This document shows, piece by piece, positions 31,836 through 39,614 of a stretch of DNA of 64,000 nucleotides. The DNA comes from Longimicrobiales bacterium (GTDB lineage: Bacteria > Gemmatimonadota > Gemmatimonadetes > Longimicrobiales > Gaopeijiaceae): NCBI GenBank assembly GCA_963664435.2, contig CAXXKM010000002.1, forward strand, positions 1,024,001 through 1,088,000, in the 5' to 3' direction. Under the pieces are notes generated by a model, which was not told where the DNA came from, did no database searches, and saw nothing but the letters and a program-made list of their open reading frames with translations. The translations under genes and the position numbers were made by a program. Numbering within the stretch: position 1 is the stretch's first letter; every line of letters starts with the position of its first letter.

Positions 31836-32521
31836 CGTTCGGCCGCGGACGGGGATGGGTCCCGGGGGTCCGGCTCGCGATTCACGACCGTGCCGGTTTC
31901 CCCGGGCGTCCCAAGCGCGCGTCCGCCGGCGCCCTGGTAGACGTAGCGGAAGGTCAGGCATCCGGGCTGGGCGCCCGGGCAGTAGTACGCCAGCAGCTGC
32001 ACCTTGGCGTAGCGCCCGTCCGCGGTCCTGACCCCATACACGGTGGGGTGGGGCGTCAACAGGTGGCTGGTCCAGCCGTAGGCATACCAGCGCTCGATGG
32101 CGGCGTTGACGGAATCGCGACGGACCCTGGTCTCCACGTAGGCCGCGTCGGGCAGCTCCGAAACCGCGTCGAAGTCGGCGCCCTCCAGGGGGATGACCCC
32201 GCCGTCCCCGGAAAAGCCGGGGCCGCCGTTGGCGATGATGTGGAAGCGCCGGAAGGCCAGGTCCCAGTCGCGGGCCCCGGGGTCTCCCACCACCGACCCG
32301 CGCGAGAAGTCGAAGAACTGCCATGCGTCGGTTGAGGTGGCGTCCACGGTGTACACGATGGGACCGACCAGCGTCTCGCCGACCTCGGAGGGGTTGGGGG
32401 GCGTCGGGACGTGCGCCTCGATCCCGGGCCGGCCGAACGACATGGTCACCAGCGCGACGGCCAGAACCACGATGATGCCCACCAGCGCGGCCGGCACCCG
32501 GTTCTCCGGGCGGATCCTCAA
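31832..32521 (-). CDS. HmuY-family heme-binding protein, membrane anchored
   Basis: VDATSTDAWQFFDF, WDLAFRR, ANGG, WYAY and VRTADGRYAKVQLLAYY. TTG start overlaps the hemB stop; N-terminal TM. Confidence 0.85.
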   Translation of the reverse strand: MRIRPENRVPAALVGIIVVLAVALVTMSFGRPGIEAHVPTPPNPSEVGETLVGPIVYTVDATSTDAWQFFDFSRGSVVGDPGARDWDLAFRRFHIIANGGPGFSGDGGVIPLEGADFDAVSELPDAAYVETRVRRDSVNAAIERWYAYGWTSHLLTPHPTVYGVRTADGRYAKVQLLAYYCPGAQPGCLTFRYVYQGAGGRALGTPGETGTVVNREPDPRDPSPSAAER

Positions 32522-33501
32522 CCGTCCTCGCGCAGCCAGCGTGCGGCCTCCACGGCGTAGTAGGTGACGATGATGTCCGCGCCGGCCCGCCGGATCGCGC
32601 CCAGGCTCTCGAGCGCCACCGCCTTCTCGTCGATCCAGCCGCGTTCGCCCGCGGCGCGCAGCATGCTGAATTCGCCGGAGACCTGGTACGCCGCGGTGGG
32701 CGCGCGGAAGGTATCCTTGACCCGCCGGATCACGTCCAGGCACGGGCCTGCCGGCTTCACCATCACAACGTCCGCGCCCTCCTCCAGGTCGGCCCGCACC
32801 TCGCGCAGCGCTTCGTCGCTGTTGGCGGGGTCCATCTGGTGGGTGCGGCGGTCGCCGTGCGACGGAGCCGAGTGGGCGGCGTCGCGGAAGGGACCATAGA
32901 AGGCGGACGCGTACTTGGCGGCGTACGACACGATGGGGGTTGAGCCGTGACCCGCCGCGTCCAGGGCCGCGCGGATCACGCCCACGCGCCCGTCAAGCAT
33001 GTCGCTCGGGGCCACCGCGTCCGCTCCCGCGCGAGCGTGCGCGACGGCCGCCCGCGCGAGCAGAGGAAGCGTGGCCTCCTCGTCCAGGGCGCCATCCGGC
33101 GTCAGCACGGCGCAGTGGCCGTGGTCGGTGTACTGGCAGAGACACACGTCGGTCCAGACCGGAAGGTCGGGATGATGCGCCTTGAGTGCGCGCACCGCCC
33201 GGGGTACGAGGCCGTCGTCCGCGCAGGCTTCGGAGCCGAGCGCGTCCTTGCGGTCGGGCACTCCGAAGAGGAGCACCGCGCCCACGCCCGCGTCCACGGC
33301 CGCTGCGGCCTCCTCCACCAGCAGTTCGCGGGAAAGGCGGTGTACGCCGGGCATGCTGGGCACGGGCTCGCGCCGTTTTTCGCCCGGCACCACGAAGAGC
33401 GGATACACGAGATCGCGCGCCCGGAGCACGCTCTCGCGTACCAGGCGACGCCAGGCCGGCGACTGCCGGAGGCGGCGGAGACGGTGCTGCGGATAGGCCA
33501 T
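32518..33501 (-). CDS. hemB: Porphobilinogen synthase
   Basis: RLRRLR, DVCLCQYTDHGHC (Zn), YAAKYASAFYGPFRDA, MVKPA and YQVSGEF. Confidence 0.97.
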   Translation of the reverse strand: MAYPQHRLRRLRQSPAWRRLVRESVLRARDLVYPLFVVPGEKRREPVPSMPGVHRLSRELLVEEAAAAVDAGVGAVLLFGVPDRKDALGSEACADDGLVPRAVRALKAHHPDLPVWTDVCLCQYTDHGHCAVLTPDGALDEEATLPLLARAAVAHARAGADAVAPSDMLDGRVGVIRAALDAAGHGSTPIVSYAAKYASAFYGPFRDAAHSAPSHGDRRTHQMDPANSDEALREVRADLEEGADVVMVKPAGPCLDVIRRVKDTFRAPTAAYQVSGEFSMLRAAGERGWIDEKAVALESLGAIRRAGADIIVTYYAVEAARWLREDG

Positions 33502-33547
33502 GCGTCGGGATGCCGCCGGTTTGCGGGAGGGCCGTCCGTCGCGGCGC

Positions 33548-34879
33548 TCAGCCGGCGCCGCTGCGCGCGCGGTCGCCGTTGGACTCGGCCGGCTCGTCCG
33601 GCGTCAACTGGAAGATTTCCTTGACCGCGGCCAGGCTGGAGACCCCCTCGGAAGTCTCCAGGTCGAGCTCGCGCAGGTGGCAGGTGGGCTGGTGCAGCAG
33701 CCGGGCCACCAGCGAGCGGGTGTAGCGTTCCAGGCGGTCGCGGCTCGACTCGTCGAAACCGGGCAGGTGCCGGCGCACTTCCTCTTCGGCGATCCGGTAG
33801 AAGCTCTCGCGCAGCGACCGGAGCACGGGGACCACCTGCAGCGTTTCGAACCAGTCGACGAAGTTCTGGAGTTCTTCGTCGACGATGCGCTCGACGTGGG
33901 GAATCTGCTTGCTGCGGCGGATCAGGTTCTCCTGCACGATGTCGCCCAGGCTGTCCAGGTCGCGCAGGAAGACGTTGGGAATGCGGCCGGCTCCGGATTC
34001 GACATCCCTGGGATTGGCGATGTCGATGATCACCAGCGGCCTTCCACCCCGCTCGCGTATTATGGCGCAAAGCGTCGCGGCGGTGATGACCGGGTTCGGG
34101 GCGGAGGTCGCGGTCACCACGACGCTTGCCGTCCTGAGCGCGGCGTGGAGTTCGCCGAAGGGCCGCGCGGCCCCGCCGAACTCGTCCGCCAGCGCCCGCG
34201 CGCGTCCGGCGGTGCGGTTGACGATGGTCAGGCTGAGGGGCTTCTTCGCGGCGAAGTTGCGTGCCGCCTGAGCGCCGGTGCGTCCCGCGCCCACCACCAG
34301 CACGGCCTGCTCGGAAAGGTCGGAAAGGATGTTGGTGGCCAGTCGCACCGCGGCGAACGCCACCGACGCCGATCCCTTGCCGATATCCGTTTCCGCGCGC
34401 GCTCGCTTTCCCGTGCGCACGGCGGACTGGAAGAGGCGGGTGAGGTACGGCCCGCAGGTTCCCTCTTCCGCCGCCAGCGCATAGGCCTGGCGTACCTGTC
34501 CCAGCACCTGCGGCTCCCCGATCATGAGCGAATCGAGCCCGGCGGCCACGCGGAAGAGATGATGAGCCCCCTCGCGTCCGCTCAGGGAGAACGTGTGACG
34601 TTCGGTGGATACGGCGTCGTTTTCCTTGATGTCGCGCAGCTTGTGGCGCACCAGTTCGATGGCCCGTGCGGGCTCCCGCGTCCAGGCGAAGATCTCGGTC
34701 CTGGTGCATGTGGAAAGGACCACGCTTTCGCGAATCAGGCGGTCGCCGTGGGCGCCGTCGCCATGCATGTCGACGAGCGTTCCGAGCAGCTTGCGCGTTT
34801 CCTCCCCGGAAAGCGCCAGCCGGTCCCGGGCCGCGGCCGGGGCGACCCTGTGGTTGGTTCCGAATACGAGGAGTTCCAC
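33548..34879 (-). CDS. hemA: Glutamyl-tRNA reductase
   Basis: GTNHRVAP, LSTCTRTE, GLDSLMIGEPQVLGQV, GAG and DIANPRDV; GTG start with GGAG RBS. Confidence 0.95.
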   Translation of the reverse strand: MELLVFGTNHRVAPAAARDRLALSGEETRKLLGTLVDMHGDGAHGDRLIRESVVLSTCTRTEIFAWTREPARAIELVRHKLRDIKENDAVSTERHTFSLSGREGAHHLFRVAAGLDSLMIGEPQVLGQVRQAYALAAEEGTCGPYLTRLFQSAVRTGKRARAETDIGKGSASVAFAAVRLATNILSDLSEQAVLVVGAGRTGAQAARNFAAKKPLSLTIVNRTAGRARALADEFGGAARPFGELHAALRTASVVVTATSAPNPVITAATLCAIIRERGGRPLVIIDIANPRDVESGAGRIPNVFLRDLDSLGDIVQENLIRRSKQIPHVERIVDEELQNFVDWFETLQVVPVLRSLRESFYRIAEEEVRRHLPGFDESSRDRLERYTRSLVARLLHQPTCHLRELDLETSEGVSSLAAVKEIFQLTPDEPAESNGDRARSGAG

Positions 34880-34964
34880 CGTCTCCCTGGATTGAAGCGA
34901 TGTGCTCGGCCCGATCCGTTCCGGGCGAGTCCCGAACCTTTCGGGAAAGCGGGCAGGCAGAAGA

Positions 34965-34979
34965 TGATAATAATTGTCG
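34965..34979. promoter_or_regulatory. Fur-box-like site
   Basis: TGATAATaATTGTCG versus the 7-1-7 consensus TGATAATnATTATCA (2 mismatches), between divergent hemA and ferredoxin. Confidence 0.55.
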
Positions 34980-35079
34980 GTACGGCACGCCTTCAACCTT
35001 GCCCGGTTTCGCGGTCCTGAAGAAGTTGAGCGGTCCGAGTCGGCACCGGCGAGGACTTTACTCCAGCGACGGGATCCCG

Positions 35080-35325
35080 GTGAGCGACATTCAGGAGCGA
35101 CGCGTCGGAGACCTTCTGATCCAGATCGACCGAAACCTTTGCGTGGGATTCGGCGACTGCATCGAGGCCGCGGAAGCCGCCTTCGAGCTGGACGACGAGG
35201 GGGTCGCGGTGTTCAGGGAAAGCATCGACGGGGTGGACCGCGAGACCCTGCTGGCCGCCTGCGACGAGTGTCCCGTGGACGCCATTGCCGTAATCGATTC
35301 CGACGGAAGGCAGCTCCTGCCCTGA
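35080..35325 (+). CDS. Small ferredoxin, probably [3Fe-4S]
   Basis: IDRNLCVGFGDC...CDECPVDAI; the second Cys of CxxCxxC is replaced by Phe. Confidence 0.88.
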   Translation: MSDIQERRVGDLLIQIDRNLCVGFGDCIEAAEAAFELDDEGVAVFRESIDGVDRETLLAACDECPVDAIAVIDSDGRQLLP

Positions 35326-35347
35326 CCCGCCGCCCGGGCCCGCGACC

Positions 35348-36256
35348 ATGAGGAAGATCCGCACCTACCACGAGGTGGAGTCGCAGACGGGCGACCTGCT
35401 CGTGGATCAGATCAGGGGCCAGCGCCAGCGACTCGAGAGCCGGCTGGCCGGGATTCGCAGCCTGATCGCCGTCGGGAGCGGCAAGGGGGGGGTCGGCAAG
35501 AGCCTGGTGACGGCCAACCTGGCTGCCGCCCTCGCCGGAGAGGGCTGCTCGGTGGGCGCGCTGGACGCGGATCTGAACGGCCCGTCCCTGGCCCGCATGC
35601 TGGGCGCGTCCGGGGAGCGGCTGGTGGATGGGGCCGAGGGCGTGGTTCCGGCGCCGGCCGCCTGCGGTGTCCGTGTCATGTCGATGGAGTTGCTGCAGAA
35701 CGACGCCGACGCTCCCCTGCGCTGGCGCGCGCCCTCCGGCGACGGCTTCCTGTGGCAGAGCTCGATCGAGACCGGAGCCGTGCGGGAGTTTCTGTCGGAT
35801 GTGGCGTGGGGCGAGCTCGACTTCCTTCTGATGGACCTGCCGCCGGGCACCGACAAGATGGATCGCATCTTCCAGCTGCTGCCGGGGCTCGGGACCCTGC
35901 TTCTGGTGACGACTCCGTCCGAGATGTCGCGCCGGGTCGTGGCCCGGGCGGCGTGCCTGGCGCGCGAGCAGGGAATCCCGCAGGTGGGGCTGGTGGCGAA
36001 CATGACCGAATACGTCTGTCCGTGTTGCGGTCACTCGGATCCCCTCTTTCCCGGGGACGGCGTCACGCGCCTGGCGGGAGCCACCGGTCTGGAGATCTGG
36101 AGCCGGATCCCCTTCGATCCCCGTCTGGGCGAGGGATCCGACCGCGGGGTCCCCGCCGTGATCGCCGGAGGGGATTCGCCGGGCGCGCGCGCCTTCCGGG
36201 CGCTGGCGGGGAGGCTCGCCGATCTCGGGCGGACCGGGAAGGAGGATGGCCGATGA
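35348..36256 (+). CDS. Mrp/NBP35/ApbC Fe-S carrier ATPase
   Basis: SGKGGVGKS, LDADLNGPS, WGELDFLLMDLPPG and NM...CPCC. Confidence 0.9.
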   Translation: MRKIRTYHEVESQTGDLLVDQIRGQRQRLESRLAGIRSLIAVGSGKGGVGKSLVTANLAAALAGEGCSVGALDADLNGPSLARMLGASGERLVDGAEGVVPAPAACGVRVMSMELLQNDADAPLRWRAPSGDGFLWQSSIETGAVREFLSDVAWGELDFLLMDLPPGTDKMDRIFQLLPGLGTLLLVTTPSEMSRRVVARAACLAREQGIPQVGLVANMTEYVCPCCGHSDPLFPGDGVTRLAGATGLEIWSRIPFDPRLGEGSDRGVPAVIAGGDSPGARAFRALAGRLADLGRTGKEDGR

Positions 36257-36705
36257 AATTTCTCTGCATCCAGTGCGATCACATCATGGCCTTCGCGGAA
36301 CGCCAGCTGCCCGGGGACGGCACCCTGGCGGCGGTGTTCGAGTGCTCGGCGTGCGGGCGCGACATCGCCATGCTCACCAACCCCATGGAGACCCAGCTGG
36401 TGAGCAGCATGGGCATCGAAATCGGGGGCCGGACGGTGCCCGAGCAGCCCATGGAACTGGTGCGGGGCAACCTTGCGGGGGGGCGGCAGGACGCGTTTGT
36501 GGAGGAGGAGCCCCCCGCTCCCGCCCGTCCCGGCCGGGTCGAGTGGACCCCGGATGCGGTGGACCGGCTCGGCCGGGTGCCGTCCTTCGTGCGCGGCATG
36601 GTCAAGCGCATCTATACCGACTACGCCCGCGAACGAGGCATCGACCGCATGACCCCGGAGGTCATGGACACGGCACGCTCGGATCTGGGGCTGGAGGGAA
36701 TGTGA
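36253..36705 (+). CDS. Zn-ribbon (CxxC...CxxC) plus C-terminal PCP_red-like domain protein
   Basis: MKFLCIQC...FECSAC...LTNPMETQ; C-terminal WTPDAVDRLGRVPSFVRGMVK. ATGA overlap and GGAGG RBS. Confidence 0.85.
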   Translation: MKFLCIQCDHIMAFAERQLPGDGTLAAVFECSACGRDIAMLTNPMETQLVSSMGIEIGGRTVPEQPMELVRGNLAGGRQDAFVEEEPPAPARPGRVEWTPDAVDRLGRVPSFVRGMVKRIYTDYARERGIDRMTPEVMDTARSDLGLEGM

Positions 36706-37154
36706 CCGATTCGAGCCGGGACCTCGCCCCGCGGCAGGCGCGGCCCGCCGGGCGGGAGCAGGACCGGGGGCCCGCCCCGGGACACGGCGATGCGCGCGCC
36801 CGCAAATTCCGGCAGGCCGCCTTCTGGTATCTGCACGTCGGGCTGCTCTACGAGGCGGCAGTGGTCGCCATGTGGCGCAACGGGCTCGTCAACCCGATCC
36901 GCGGGCCCATCGTGCTCTGGCTCCTGCTTGGAGCTGCGATCGTGGCGCTGGTCTTCTGGGGCCTCTGGTTCCGGCGGAGCGTGTGGCTGGCCCGCGGGAT
37001 CTGGGGGCTGCACGCGCTGCGCCTGCCGAGCATGATCGAAGGCGCGTTCCTGCCCGGACCCGATGCAGCGCTGCCCGCAGCCTTCTACCTGACGGCCATC
37101 GTCGTCATCGTCATCAACCTGTGGCTGCTGGCGCGCGCCGGATGGGATCTCTGA
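36702..37154 (+). CDS. Small membrane protein (about 4 TM)
   Basis: GTGA overlap with the upstream stop; hydrophobic segments; ends ARAGWDL. Confidence 0.75.
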   Translation: MTDSSRDLAPRQARPAGREQDRGPAPGHGDARARKFRQAAFWYLHVGLLYEAAVVAMWRNGLVNPIRGPIVLWLLLGAAIVALVFWGLWFRRSVWLARGIWGLHALRLPSMIEGAFLPGPDAALPAAFYLTAIVVIVINLWLLARAGWDL

Positions 37155-37224
37155 CCCGGGGCGGGGCGATTTCCCGGAGTGGATCCGGGCCTTCACGCGC
37201 CGTCCCCGCACACCTCCGGGACGT

Positions 37225-37254
37225 TTGACATCGATCAGCGATTTCCGGTATAAT
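37225..37254 (+). promoter_or_regulatory. Consensus sigma70 promoter with an overlapping FNR/CRP-like box
   Basis: TTGACA-N18-TATAAT; TTGAC-atcg-ATCAG (37225-37238) versus TTGAT-N4-ATCAA. Confidence 0.7.
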
Positions 37255-37496
37255 CTGCCCGGCTCCGCAAGGGCCGACACATGGGATCTGAACGAGCGGG
37301 CCCGGGCGCCCGCTCATGTTATGTACGCCGACCTATCGGCGACCGCCTTCGGGGACTTGGCCCTGCCTGACTTGCCGAACCAAGTGGACTGTCTCGTGCT
37401 CTCTTCTTGCCTTGGCGGACATGCGTTCGCCGCTCGCGAGTTGCATGGCTGAACCACACGCGCCAGGTCCCTCGAAAACCCCCAATCGAGGCAGCC

Positions 37497-39614
37497 ATGT
37501 ACCGTGAGATCTTTGTTCCAGTGGATAACTCGCCCTGGTCGGACTGGGCGGTGGATCGCGCCATCGAACTTGCTTCGCGCTCCGACGGAAGCGTCACCGG
37601 AAACCACGTGTACGCCGCGCGCCTGCACGACATCCGCTTCCGCCAGCTCGAGACGGGCCTTCCCGCCCAGTTTCAGACCGAGGCCGAGATCAAGCGGCAG
37701 CGCAAGATCCACGACAAGCTGATCGAGAAGGGGCTGCAGCTCATCTCCGATTCGTTCCTGGACCAGGTCGACCGCCGCTGCCAGGATGCCGGCGTGCCTC
37801 TGACGCGCCAGCTGCTGGAAGGCATCAACTACGAAGAGATCGTGAGCGAGGTGAACTCGGGCGAGGGCCACCTGCCGAGCCTCATCGGCTTCGATCCCAA
37901 CATCGCCTCGAGCTACGACGGGGGCGACAAGGTGCGCAGCGACGTGCGCCTGGGCGCGGACGGCCGCATCGTCGCGGAGGACGAGGAGCACGACGAGAAG
38001 CTGGCCGGATCGAGCGGCCGCGACTACGACCTGATGGTCATCGGGGCGCACGGCATCGGCCATCAGCCCTTCTCCCAGCTCGGCGGCGTGGTGGCGCGCG
38101 TGCTTCAGAAGGTGGACAAGGACGCCTTGGTGGTGCGGAACGAGCGGCCGCTCGCCGGGGGCAGCTTCATGGTGTGCGTGGACGGCTCCGCGTACAGCTA
38201 CAAGGCCATGCGCCTCGCCCTGGAGATGGCCTCGGAGTACGGGGCGAAGCTCTACGTGGGCTCATCCTTCGATGTCGAGTACCATCACGCGGTCTTCGGC
38301 AACATCAAGGACGTGCTCTCGGTGCAGGCCTCGAAGATCTTCAAGTTCGAGGAGCAGGAAGAGCTTCACAACAACATCATCGACAAGGGACTGCTGAAGC
38401 TCGCCCAGGCCAACGTGAAGCGGGCGCGCATCATGGCGGAGGAGTATCCGGAGGTCGAAGTCGAGACCCAGGTGCTCATCGGCAAGCCCTTCCAGGTCAT
38501 CCTGCAGTGGGCCGAGGAAGTCGACCCCGGCCTGCTCATCCTCGCGCGCCACGGCGCGCACCGCATCGACGGCACGGACCTGGGGTCCCAGGCGCACAAT
38601 CTGCTGCGGCAGTCGGACGCGAACATCCTCCTCATCGGCACCACCGACGTTCGTCCGGAGGAGATTCCCTGGATCGAGGAAGACGGCGAGATGGGGCTCG
38701 AGTGGGCTCCGGAGGCGGAGGTCCGCATCCTGCGCGTCCCGCCCTTCGCTCTCGGCATCGCCCGCAAGGCGGTGGAGGAATACGTGCTGGAGAACTGGCG
38801 CCCGCGGGAGGAGGCGTCCGAGCCGTCCGCCAACGGATCCGGCGCCGGCGGAGCGCGCGCAAATGGTGCCTCGGGCGCGCACGCGAACGGGTCCGACGGA
38901 GCCGAACCGCCGCTCCTGGAGCCCGGGCGCGACACCGGCGCCACCCTGCCCATGGTGACGAGCGAGTGGCTGGACGAGGCGATCGCCAAACTGCTTCCCA
39001 CCCACATGCAGCTCATCATGGGGATCGGCACGGCCGAGGAGCTCGCGCTCGCCGAAGTGAAGGCGGGGGAGGCCATGAAGCGCACGGTGGTCGAGGGCAA
39101 CGACGCCGACCCCGTGCCTGCCAGCCCGACCATCGAAACGACGTGCCCTTATACCGGGCACGTGCATGAACGGGTGCGCACGGCGGCCGACCCGGTGGTG
39201 TGGACCGAAGAGGCCTTCGACCGCCTGGGCGCGGTGCCGCTCATCGCCCGCCCCCTGGCGCGCAACACGGTGGAGCGCTTCGCCCGCGACCACGATTTCT
39301 GGCGCATCACCACGCGGGTCATGGACGAGAACAAGCAGGCCATGATGGAGGCGGACACCTTCGACACCGACACCATGCTGGTGATGTTCCGGGAGCTGCA
39401 GACCAAGCAGCTCAAGGCCGCGGCCGAAGGCGTCGACGGGCTGACCCCGGAAATGCGCAAGTTCATCGAGGAGGCCAAGGCTTCGGGCGTGACCCGCTGC
39501 CCGATCCGCGACGTGGCCGAGCAGGCCGACGACTGCCCGGTCGACTTCAAGACCGTCAGCCCCGCCGACGCGAAGGCCGCCGTCGAGCAGTTCATGCGCC
39601 GGGAAGAGGCCTGA
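37497..39614 (+). CDS. Tandem universal stress protein with two PCP_red-like domains and Cys-Pro motifs
   Basis: IFVPVDNS...DLMVIGAHG; MVCVDGS...LLILARHG..LGS; WAPEAEVRILRVPPF and WTEEAFDRLGAVPL; CPY, CPI and CPV. Confidence 0.88.
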   Translation: MYREIFVPVDNSPWSDWAVDRAIELASRSDGSVTGNHVYAARLHDIRFRQLETGLPAQFQTEAEIKRQRKIHDKLIEKGLQLISDSFLDQVDRRCQDAGVPLTRQLLEGINYEEIVSEVNSGEGHLPSLIGFDPNIASSYDGGDKVRSDVRLGADGRIVAEDEEHDEKLAGSSGRDYDLMVIGAHGIGHQPFSQLGGVVARVLQKVDKDALVVRNERPLAGGSFMVCVDGSAYSYKAMRLALEMASEYGAKLYVGSSFDVEYHHAVFGNIKDVLSVQASKIFKFEEQEELHNNIIDKGLLKLAQANVKRARIMAEEYPEVEVETQVLIGKPFQVILQWAEEVDPGLLILARHGAHRIDGTDLGSQAHNLLRQSDANILLIGTTDVRPEEIPWIEEDGEMGLEWAPEAEVRILRVPPFALGIARKAVEEYVLENWRPREEASEPSANGSGAGGARANGASGAHANGSDGAEPPLLEPGRDTGATLPMVTSEWLDEAIAKLLPTHMQLIMGIGTAEELALAEVKAGEAMKRTVVEGNDADPVPASPTIETTCPYTGHVHERVRTAADPVVWTEEAFDRLGAVPLIARPLARNTVERFARDHDFWRITTRVMDENKQAMMEADTFDTDTMLVMFRELQTKQLKAAAEGVDGLTPEMRKFIEEAKASGVTRCPIRDVAEQADDCPVDFKTVSPADAKAAVEQFMRREEA

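Noticed and set aside
37281..37452. Short ORFs upstream of the USP/rSAM genes as RiPP precursors
   Set aside because: No clear RBS, atypical codon usage, and no peptidase, transporter or RRE; the rSAM looks Ahb/NirJ-like.
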